From an uncultured Chloroflexia bacterium (GTDB lineage: Bacteria > Chloroflexota > Anaerolineae > JAAYZQ01), in assembly GCA_963700285.1 (NCBI GenBank), contig CAVOXA010000001.1:288001-352000 (forward strand): a DNA stretch of 64,000 nt, given 5' to 3'. Every line of letters begins with the position of its first letter. The stretch's first letter is position 1. Both the position numbers and the translations under genes were made by a program. Below are positions 19,404-29,242 of this stretch, in pieces. The notes beneath the pieces were generated by a model, which did no database searches, had not been told where the DNA came from, and saw only the letters and a program-made list of their open reading frames with translations.

Positions 19404-20042
19404 CTAGGCGCCTACTAGCTTTTTGGCCAGTTCAGCGGCGGCCGCCGCGTTCGAAGCGTAGCCATCGGCGCCGATCTGGTCGGCAAAGGCCTGGGTCACA
19501 GGCGCGCCGCCGATCATGACCTTGACCGTGTCGCGTACGCCGGCCTCTTCCAGAACCCTGATAGTGCTTTCCATGGAGCGCATGGTCGTGGTCAGGAGGG
19601 CCGACATGCCCAACACGTCGGGTTCATATTCCTTCACGGCATCAACAAAGGCCTCGGGAGCGATGTCTTTGCCAATGTCCTTGACCTCAAAGCCTGCGCC
19701 TTCACACATCATGCCTACCAAGTTCTTGCCGATGTCGTGCAGGTCGCCCTTCACCGTGCCCAGGAGTACTTTGCCCATCATCTGGACGCCGGCTACGGCC
19801 AGCAGCGGTTTGAGGATGTCCATAGCTACCTGCATGGTCCGGGCCGAGCGCAGGACTTCGGGCACGAACATGTTGCCGGCCTTGAACTCGACGCCGACAT
19901 AATCCATGCCGGGCATCAGCCCCTTGTTGAGGATCTCCTCGGCGCTGATATCGTCGTCCAGGGCATCCTCGGTCAGATCTTGAATTTCGCCCAGGTCGCC
20001 CTCGATGACGACGGTAGAAATCTGTTCAAGAATCTCACTCAT
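19404..20042 (-). CDS. Methyltransferase corrinoid (B12-binding) protein #2
   Basis: MFVPEVLRSA, GTVKGDLHDIGKNLV, SALLTTT, KVMIGGAPVTQAFADQIGADGY. Confidence 0.93.
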   Translation of the reverse strand: MSEILEQISTVVIEGDLGEIQDLTEDALDDDISAEEILNKGLMPGMDYVGVEFKAGNMFVPEVLRSARTMQVAMDILKPLLAVAGVQMMGKVLLGTVKGDLHDIGKNLVGMMCEGAGFEVKDIGKDIAPEAFVDAVKEYEPDVLGMSALLTTTMRSMESTIRVLEEAGVRDTVKVMIGGAPVTQAFADQIGADGYASNAAAAAELAKKLVGA

Positions 20043-20162
20043 GTTACCTTGACCTCCTTGATTTTACCATAATCTCCCGTCGTTCTGCCGCATAGTCTGT
20101 CGTACGATCTATTGTTCTCCCGGCTCATCACCTCCCTCCGACAGCCGGTCGCTGATGGTTAC

Positions 20163-21595
20163 TTATTGCCAATGTTTCTCCATCTTTGCTAGCTCTTGGG
20201 CAACGTCTCCAGGTAGAGGCGCAGGTTGATGATCCATGGCTAGTTCTGTCCGCTCGCGCAGTCGCTCTTCGAACTGCTTCCCGCCCTTTGCCTGCCACTG
20301 GTCATAGATGGAGCGGTCGAACAGCTCCGAGTACCAGACATTCCGGAAGTGCTTGAGCGTGTGGTTCTCCAACAAGTGGTGCCCGCCGGGGCCGACTTTG
20401 TCCATCAGATCCAGGGCCAGAGACTCATCACTGACCGGGACTGCCGCCCATGTACTGCTCCACCATGTGCAGGATCTCGTTGACCAGCACCATGTAGGCG
20501 GGCGAGGCAACCGATCCATGGTCAAGCCAGCCCGAGTCGTGGACCAGGTTGGCGCCACTGAGCGCTGAGCTCAAACAGGAGAAGGCGGCCTCGGCGGCGG
20601 CCTGCGCGTCGGGGAACTTGGCGTCGGAGCAGCCCGCGGTGCCAAAGAAGGGCAGGCGATAGTGCTGGGCCATCTGGGCCATAGCAGCCACCATCAGGCT
20701 CATCTCTGCCGCGCCGTAGGAAAAGATGGTCGTTTTCATGTCCATGATCGTGGCAAAGGCGCCATAGATAAAGGGCGCCCCTGGCCGGACCAGTTGGGAC
20801 AGCACCAGTCCGCTGAGGGATTCGGCGCTGCCCTGCACGATCTCGCCGGCAAAGGTCGCCGGGCGCCGTGCTGCCGCCCTGCGGCGCCGGGTAGTTGATG
20901 AGAGGGATGCCCTTCTCGGCACAGAAGAGGATCTTTTCCACGGCCGGATCGTAGTACAGCAGCGGTGAGATTGGTTCGGAGTAGTGGACGCAGGTAGGCG
21001 CCTGCCGGAACTGATCTTCGCTGCCTGCGACCAGCAGGTACATTTCATAGATGTCGCGGGTGCTGTTGACGTCCTTGCAGCAAAAGACCAGTGGTTTTTC
21101 GCAATAGGTCAGTACCTGCTTGGCAATCACCCGGTCGGCGATGTCGGCTGGGACATCGTCGGCCATGCCAATGGTCATGACCCAGGAAAAGTTGGGCAAG
21201 GCATCGGCGACGATCGAAGTGATGCGGCAGTCGATCGCTGGCAAATCGGCGTCGCTCTCCTGTGCAGGGGCTCCAGATAGTCGACGCAGTCCACGCTGGG
21301 ACCAAACCAGACCTTGTCCCCTTCCAGGAATACGGATCGTGTGCCATCGCGCTGGCCCAGCACGACGCGGGAGGGCGCGGTACGTATGGCATCCTCGACC
21401 ATCCAGGCGGGCAGGTGTGCTCGATCTCCGTGCGACGCGCGCTCCGGCGCCGTGCAGCAGTTCCAGTGCCCGGGGATGGGTGATCTGGATGCCGGTTCGC
21501 TCCAGCAGCTCCAGCGTGGCCCAGTGGATCTGCTCGATCTGTTCCTCATTGAGTACCGACAGTCTGGGTTTGAAATTTAGGTCAGGATAGATCAT
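20163..21595 (-). CDS. mttB: MttB-superfamily methyltransferase #3 (several frameshifts)
   Basis: Fragments in three frames: EQIEQIHWATLELLERTG, SEPISPL, YGAAE, GTAGCSDAKFPDAQAAAE, DKVGPGGHHLLENHT. Confidence 0.82.
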
Positions 21596-21610
21596 CAGGG
21601 TGCCTCCTTC

Positions 21611-22587
21611 TCACAATGGTAGCCAGATGCCGATCCCCTTCTTCACAGCCTGCTTGTAGAGGAGGGGAGCGACGGCCATGTCGTCCAGGGCCAGGCCCAG
21701 GTTGGCGGCAATGGTCCGCTCTGCGGGTGTCTCGCGGCCCGGCTTCTGTCCCGGTCACCAACTCTCCCAGGTCGGCGTGGACGGATGGGATATCCTGAAA
21801 GTAGCCGACGCCTTCATAGTAGTGCAGTTGAGCCAGATCATCGGTGCAGAACTTGTCCGACTTCCCTCATGGCGTCGGGGTGCCAGTAGGAGTCAAAGTC
21901 CACCAGGGAGGCAAAGGCGCCCGCGTCCATCCAGCCGGCCTGGATGGTCCGGTGTGGCACTTTCAGGATCGGGCCGGCGGTGACGATCAGGTCGCAGCCG
22001 GTCACGGCAGCCCGGGGTGTGTCCACTACGACCACCTCCAGGCCAAAGCCGGCTGCCGATCTCTTCTGCGTAGCAGCGGGCCGTCTGCGGTATCCAGATC
22101 ATAGGCCATCACGCGCTCCAGCGGAAAGAGGACGTTCAGCGCCTCGACGTTGGTGCGTCCCTGCACGCCACAACCCGAGAATGCCGACGACCGATGATTC
22201 GGGCCGGGCCAGGTAGCGGGCAGCCACGGCTGTGGCCGCCCCGGTGCGCATGGCCGTGATCCAGACACAGTCCATCACGGCCAGGGGCAGGCCGGTTTCG
22301 ACGTCGTTCAGGATGAGCAGGCCGGTGATGTAGGGCAGCCCCCGGCTGGCGTTCTCGGGAAAGCCGCTGACCCACTTGACCCCAGCCGACTTCATGGCCG
22401 GGATGTAGGCCGGCATGGCGTGGATAAAGTTGTCGCCCTCGCCTGGATGGATGCCCGGCTTGGGCGGCATCTCTACGCGACCCTCCCCCTTTTCACGGAA
22501 AGCGGCTTCCAGGGCATCGATGATCTCGGCCATGGTCAGGCCCACGGCGGCGACATCAGTCTGGGAAAGATAGAGGATCTGGCTCAT
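21611..22587 (-). CDS. Ornithine cyclodeaminase/mu-crystallin family protein (frameshifted)
   Basis: MSQILYLS, EMPPKPGIH, HAMPAY, GVKWVSGFPEN, ITAMRTGAATAVAARYLA, GCGVQG, AANLGLALDDMA; ends KKGIGIWLPL* (stop 21611-21613). Confidence 0.8.
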
Positions 22588-22674
22588 AGATACGGGTGTT
22601 TTCCTTTCGCTCTTCGACCTGCCCTCAAACCTGGGTGCTGGTCCTTCTAGATTTCGTGAAGGTCGCAAGTCCTT

Positions 22675-24089
22675 TTAGGTACTGTGTTCCTCCACAAATG
22701 CCTGCAATTGACGGGCTATCGTTTTGTCCAGGGGCGGATCTTTCGTGTTCGGCCACCAGCCTTCGCCATCGCTGGCGGGCGCGGGCCACGGCATCCTGCC
22801 GTCCGCCCAGCATCCACCCCTCCAGACCTCCACGGTCGCAGAGTGCCGGCTGCCAGAACTCCTTGCGACAGCGTTTGACGGTGTGCGTCTCCATGAGGTA
22901 GTTGCCCCCCGGTCCCACGTTGGCGATGACGTCGTAAGCCAGGGTTTCGGGGGTGACGGCGATCCCTCGGTGCAGGCGGCGTACCATGCCGCACATCTCG
23001 TCGTCCAGGACGAACTTTTCGTAGGAGAAGGCCAGGTAGGAGCTGAGGATGCCGCCCGCGTGCATGACAAAGTCCAGGCCGCAATTCACGGTGGTAAGCA
23101 AGGCCAGCATCGACTCAAAGCCGGCCTGGGCGTCGGGATAGCTGGCATCGGTTAGCGCGCCGCCGCTGCGGGATGGCAGGCCGTAGTAGCGGGCCAATTG
23201 GGCATGGGCGGCGATCATTTGTGACAGTTCTGGGCTGCCGATGGCTAGGGCGCCCGATTTCATGTCGATGTTGGTAGATGTGGAGCCAAAAACGACCGGG
23301 GTGCCAGGGCTGACTATCTGTGTCAGGGCGGTACCGGCCAGCAGTTCGGCCGTCTGTGTGGCCAGCATACCAGCCAAAGTGACAGGTCCGGTGGAGCCAG
23401 CCATCATCAGGGCAGCAATGACCACCGGCTGGCGCGCCCTGGCGTAGGCTACCAGCGCCTCGAGCATCTCCGTGCCGTAGGCCAGTGGGCTGAGGCTGTT
23501 GATCAGGCCCAGGGTCACCGCCCGATCGCCTGCTCCGCCAAAGAGGATGTCTGCCATCGCCAGGGTGTGCTGCGCGCCCCGGCGCCCACGGTGCTGCCGA
23601 TGAAGGGCTTGTCAGAGTGGATCATGTGGGCCTGCAACATATGCAGGTGGGCCGCGGCGGCAGCGATGTCTCCGGGCTCCGCCAGCAGGTGCCCGCTCAG
23701 GTCCTGGTTGGGCAGCGCGTGGGCCAGCTTGACCAGGTTGTGATAATCATCCATGGTCGGCATGCGCTTGCCAACCTCGGCGTCGACCAGGAACGGCGCG
23801 CCATAGCCGGGGGCAAAGACCGGGCGGCGCTTCTCCGTCGCTGCCTCCGATGGATACGCTCCGCTCAGGGTTGCGTGCGTGGATAGTGAACTGCTTCGGC
23901 ACAGTTTCCAGTGCCTTCATAAGCTGTCTTCAACGAGGTAGACGCGGCTGCCATCAGTCCTGACGCCGAATCCTGGAAGGCCAGCAGCGCTTCCTCGCAG
24001 GCAAAATCGACGCCAACCTCGGCCAGCAGCTTCATGCTGGTCTCGTGGATCTGTTCTATGTCTGTGGCAGACAGCAACTCCTGATACAT
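22675..24089 (-). CDS. mttB: MttB-superfamily methyltransferase #4, MtgB-like motif (frameshifted)
   Basis: MYQELLSATDIEQIHETS, INSLSPLAY, MAGSTGPVTLAG, IGSPE, RSGGALTDASYPDAQAGFES, SYEKFVLDDE, VGPGGNYL. Confidence 0.82.
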
Positions 24090-24180
24090 CGCGTCATTCC
24101 TCCTTGTTGACGCGTCCGGTCTTTCATCCCTGCCAAGGTTCAGGCCAAGGCCGGCCTCTGCACCCATTGGCAAAGGCCTC

Positions 24181-25412
24181 TCAGTGACGGCCCCTCAAAA
24201 AGCTGTTGCCCTCATAGGCAATCCCCTCGGCGTAACGGGTCGGGCGCAGAGGGTTGTCCTCCAGGGCCAGTGCCCCTGTGACCAGGTCGGCAATGCGCTT
24301 CCCGGCCCCGGGAGATAGCATCACCCCGGCCCAGTAGCCGCAGTTCAGGTAGAAGCCGGCGTATCTCCGCCACTGGTCCTATGAGGGGTTGGTCGTCCGG
24401 TGTGTAGACGTATTGGCCCGCACTGGGATGCACATCCTCCTGCCTCGAACGTTCGGGCAATCTCCTTCCAAAATGGATTGAGCCGGACGAGCTTGTCCAG
24501 GACCATGGCCGGATAGTCCCAATCCAGGGGTAGCTCTTCGGCTGGTTCGCTAACCGGCTCGTCAGGATCGACCCAGGCGATGTAGGCGCCGCCTGTCTCG
24601 GGCCGCCAGTAGACGTCCTGCACCAGGTCAATGGTCAGCGGTGCGTCCTGAGGGATCTGCGGCTTGGGTGAGATAAAGGCCTTCTGGCGACGGATGGGCT
24701 CCAGGGGCAGGTCGAGGCCGGCCATGCGACCGACGATCCCCGCAAAGGGCCCGGCGGCATTGATCACGGTGCGAGTGCTGATGCTTCCCCGTGTTGTCTC
24801 GACTGCGGAGATACTCAGATCGCCCCCAGGGTGGTTCGTATCCGTCCGGATACCCGTGACTTTGGTACTTAGCAGGTAGCGCGCATCGCTTCCCTTCGCA
24901 AAGCCCTGGGTCACTTCGTGGGTGGACAGCCAGCCATCTTGCTGGCGGAAGGTGGCTGCGACTACATTTTCGGACAGGTACGGGAAGCGGGCCAGTAGAT
25001 CGTCGTGGTCGAGGAATTCGGAATCACCTACGCCCAGACGATGGTGCTGCTCTACGGCTGCTTTCAGGTCGTCCAACAGCTCCTCTTCGTCGGTGACGAA
25101 CAGATAACCTTGGTGCCGGAGCGAGATGTCATAGCCTGGCATGCCGATGACTTCAGCAAAGTTCTCAAAGATCTCGATGCTGGGCAGGGCCAGCTCGGCC
25201 ATGGGCGGCTCGGTAAATTGAGCGCGAAAGCACTCGATGGAATTGGGCGTGGTCAGGGTCGATAGGCCATCGCGCATTTCCACGAGTACCGTGTCCAACC
25301 CGGTTCGCGACAGCCAGAATGCGGTGGACACGCCGATGATGCCACCGCCGATGACGACGGCATCGGCAGTGGTCGGAAAGTCGCCTGCGTTGGGGGTGTA
25401 GATCTTGCCCAC
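24181..25412 (-). CDS. FAD-dependent oxidoreductase, sarcosine oxidase beta/D-amino-acid dehydrogenase family (3' frameshifts)
   Basis: VVIGGGIIGVSTA, VINAAGPFAG, AGQYVYTPDDQPLIG, YLNCGYWAGVMLSPG; ends EGNSFLRGRH* at 24181. Confidence 0.82.
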
Positions 25413-25413
25413 G

Positions 25414-26465
25414 CTACGCCTCGACTTTCTGGGTCCGCGACTTGCGCCCGGCGAGCGCGCTCACCGGCTTGGCTTGGGCCAGTAATAGAGCGGCAAAGCC
25501 GGATGGGTAGTAGATCATGACCACGACCATCAATATACCATAGTGGCCAGGTGAAGCCCGGGGACTCGGCAAAGTTGGAGTGTAGGAATTCGATGAGAAA
25601 AACAAAGGGGAAAGCGATAACCATGCCGCCCCAGAGGCTGCCGCGACCGCCGATATAGACAAGGGCCAGCACCTCTACCGTCTTGGAGGTATGCATCAAG
25701 GTCTGAGGCGTGAGCGCGCCAAAGTAGAAGGCATAGAACCCGCCTAGCCAACCGGCAAAAAAGGCGGAAAGGGTAAAGTTAAAGACCCGGTAGTAGGTTG
25801 GGTTGATGCCCGAAGCGCGGGCCGCGTCAAAGTTCTGGCCGATGGCTTTGAAGGCCAAGCCATAGTGGGAACGGACCACTTGCTTGAGGACGATATAGAC
25901 CACGAGCATCATAACCATGATGACGTAAAAGTAAGGGAGGTTGTCCGTGGTCTCCAGCAGGCTTTCGGGATGCAGTCCCAGCGGTCCTCGGGTCACGGCG
26001 GTCCAGTTGCGTATGATACCCAAGAGGGCAATGCCGACGAACCAGGACATAACCGCAGCAAAGATGCCGCGTAGGCGTAGGGTAAGCACACCCAGCCCGA
26101 AGCCCAACAACGCCGGACACGATGGCCCCGATCCAGATGGCGATCCAGGGTGAGAGGCCCGGTTGTATAGCTAGCACAGGCGAGGTATTGGCCATGATGG
26201 CTGCCGTATAGGCACCTAATACCGAGGATGGCGGCAAAGCCAAAGTTGACCACGTTGATATAGCCGGCGGTAAAGTCAAAGGCGACCGCCTGGGCGGCGA
26301 GAAAGGCGCCCATGATCAACCAGCGCAGCATATGCTCCTGGTTGAAGGGCGGAACAAGGGGCAGCACGAGGAGTACGAGGAGCAGGATCAAGGCCGCAAG
26401 GGCGAGAAGCCCATGGCACCCAATCCGCTGGTGAGGCGATTCCAGAGGCTGTTTTGGTTCTCCAT
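25414..26465 (-). CDS. livM: Branched-chain-amino-acid-type ABC permease, LivM-like (frameshifted)
   Basis: GYINVVNFGFAA, LRLRGIFAA, TRGPLG, SHYGLAFKAIGQNFDAARASGIN, IGGRGSLWG. Confidence 0.78.
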
Positions 26466-26484
26466 CCCAAGTCTCCTTTGCTCC

Positions 26485-27544
26485 CTACTGTTCCTGAACG
26501 CCTTTGACTTCGCTGCCAAAGATTCCCGATGGAACGAGGATGAGGATGATGATCATCACGATGGTAGGTACCACGTCTTCCCAGGCGATGCCGATGAACT
26601 GCTGGGTGGCGGTCTGGAGCAGGGCCACGATAAAGCCGCCAACAATGGCTCCATAGACGTTGCCCAGACCGACCAACATCACGACGTACCAGGAGAGGTA
26701 AAGGGGCTTGAGCCCAACGCGTGGGATAGGCCTGGAACATATAGAGCAGCGCAGCACCGGCCATGGCTGCCGTAGCCGTGGCCAGAGCGAAGGTCAGGGT
26801 ATGGATAAAGTCGAGATCAATGCCCACCAACTGCGCCCCCGTTTCGTCCTGGGCAACTGCCCGGATGGCCCGGCCGGTCCTGGTCCTCTGCATGAAAAAG
26901 TCAGTGCGATGATGGTGATGATCGGACACGACGCAAGGCAAAGATGCCGGTCCGCGGCGATTCGGATCTCGAGGATCTCGATGGGCGGGATGTAATAGTA
27001 GCGCGGGATGCCCCTGAAGTTGGGACCCAGGAGCAAAGTCGTGCCGTTGATCATGATGTAGGCCAGTCCCACCGTGAGCAGGAAGGTATTCATCACCCAG
27101 CCCGTCCCGGGTCCGGTGGCGTAGCGGTGCGAAGATTAGCCTCTCCAACACAGCCCACCAAGAAGGAGGCCTAGAATGGCGGCCGCGACCACGGCGATAA
27201 CCGGAGCAATGGCCGCCAGGAATAGCGTTCCCGTTTTCCTGCGACATAATTGTTGATAGGCGTGAAGACAAAGTAGCCCACGTAGGCGCCTACCATGAAT
27301 GATTCACCGTGGGCAAAGTGAGGGATGTTCATCACGCCGAAAACCAGCGCCAGACCTGCTGCCAGGAGGGCCAGGATGCCGCCGCTGACGATAGAATTGA
27401 CGATTTGGGATGGTCCTCGCTTCAACAGCGATGGCCAGTGCGAGCAGCAGCGTGCAACCAAGCACAACGACTGCGGGCCAGGTTGCTGCGCAGGCTGATG
27501 ATCAGCCTGTCCCAAAACGACGCTTGAGGCATTGCTCGTTCCAT
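26485..27544 (-). CDS. livH: Branched-chain-amino-acid-type ABC permease, LivH-like (frameshifted)
   Basis: GLALVFGVMNIPHFAHGESFMVGAY, RTRTGRAIRAVAQD, VGLGNVYGAIVGG, PSGIFG. Confidence 0.78.
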
Positions 27545-27587
27545 GGCTTTCCTCTCCTATCTTGTCCTGCGACTTTCGCAGGCTGAG

Positions 27588-28315
27588 CTAGAGGCCCAGG
27601 TACGCGTTGCGCACGTGCTCGTTGTGTCTTCATCTCTCGGCTCGGGCCTTCCATCGCGATCCGGCCGTGCTTCGAGGACGTAGGCCCGGTCGGTGATGTC
27701 GAGTGTGGTATTCACATTCTGCTCCACCAACAGGATGGTGACGCCGCGTTTCTTTAGCTCAAGCAGGGCGCGAAAGACGTCGTGGGTCAAGATGGGGCGC
27801 CAGGCCCGAGGGAGGGCTCGTCGACCAAGAGCAGCTCGGGGTTAGACATCATACCCCGGGCGATGGCCAGCATTTTGTCGCTCGCCGCCGCTCATGGTGC
27901 CAGCCAGTTGCTTCTCTCGCTCCTGCAGCCGTCGGAAAGAGGCTGGTAGACAAAGCGCCAGTGTCTCGAGCTCCTTCTCTTTATCGTTGAGCAGCGTAAG
28001 CGCCCAGGAGGAGGTTCTCGCGCACGGACATGTCGGTGAAGAGGTTGAGGCCCTCAGAGATGTAGCTGATGCCCATCCGGCTCACGGTATGGGCCTTCAA
28101 GCCGGCCGATGCGCGTTGTCCTTGAATAGGATCTCTCCGCTCGTAGGGCGTGAGAAGTCCGGCCGATGGTCCGTAGCGTCGTGGTTTTGCCGCGCACCAT
28201 TTGGTCCCACCAGCGCCACGAACTCGCCCTCGTCCACGTAGCAACGAAAGGTCCCAGAGGATCTGGAGAAAGTCGTAACTCGTGTTTACGTTCTTTAGCT
28301 CAAGCAATTCTTCAT
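27588..28315 (-). CDS. livF: ABC ATP-binding subunit, LivF-like (frameshifted)
   Basis: LELKNVNTSY, LFTDMSVRENLLLGAY, QLAGTMSGGE, LLVDEPS, GVTILLVEQN, RNAYLGL*. Confidence 0.75.
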
Positions 28316-28378
28316 CTCCCTCCTGCTGAAGGTTGAGGTCCAGGGTTAGGCGGGGAGCAAAGGTTGAGACCCTTACAC

Positions 28379-29148
28379 TCAACCTTGGCCCTGATCCTGA
28401 TCCTGTATTTCATCCTCAGCAACAATCTCCTCGCCCAGGTAGGCTTCGATGACCTGTGGGTTTCCGCATGACTTCTTGGGCGGGTACCCTCGGCAATCGG
28501 ACGTCCCGTACTGGATGACCAATACCCGCTCGCAGATTCCGGTGATGACCTTCATGATGTGCTCGACGACGATCATGCCGACACCAGTAGTGTCCCGTAT
28601 CCTCAGGATCAGCGCCATCATGGCATCGAGCTCGCCGGGGTAGGCCCGAAGCCAGCTCGTCCAAGAAACAGGAGCTTAGGCCCACAGGCCAAGGCGCGGG
28701 CCAGGTCGAGTCGCTTGAGCTGCACGGCATTCAGGCGCTCGGCCGGGGCGTGGAAGTCCATGGGAAACTCGACAAATTCGCAGCGCTTCTTCTGCCCGCT
28801 GCCGGGCTGGGTTTTCGGCTGTCGTGGTCGGCGCCGAAGCGGGCGCCGACCATGACGTTCTCCAGGGCGGTCAGCTTGGGGAATGGGCGAGGGATCTGAA
28901 AGGTCCTCGAAAGCCCCTTGCGGCACATGACCTCGGCGACGGCGCCGGTGGTATCCTGGCCGATGAAGCTGACGCTGTCCGGAGATGGCTTGTATGTGCC
29001 AGCCACGCAGTTGAGAAAGGTGGTCTTGCCCGCTCCGTTGGGCCCGATGAGGCCGACGATCTCGCCGGCATCGACCTGGAGCGTGACTCGGTTCACGGCA
29101 GTCAAGTCCGCCAAAGTTTTTCACAATGTGTTGTGCGTCCAGTATCAT
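28379..29148 (-). CDS. livG: ABC ATP-binding subunit, LivG-like (frameshifted)
   Basis: GLIGPNGAGKTT, SRTFQIPRPFPKLTALENV, LDLARALA, LDELASGL, VVEHIM, NPQVIEAYLG. Confidence 0.78.
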
Positions 29149-29242
29149 CTGTACTCACCTCCGCTCCCTCGAGCCGGGAGGCGTGATCGGGCCGCCGCGG
29201 ACGAGTTGGCCCCGCCAGCCCATTTGCCAGAGCGAATGATGG

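Noticed and set aside
14805-24089. Pyrrolysine (amber) recoding in the MttB genes
   Set aside because: The Pyl-equivalent codons encode Cys or Leu. Breaks in #3 and #4 are frameshifts, not in-frame TAG, and no pyl genes are in the window.
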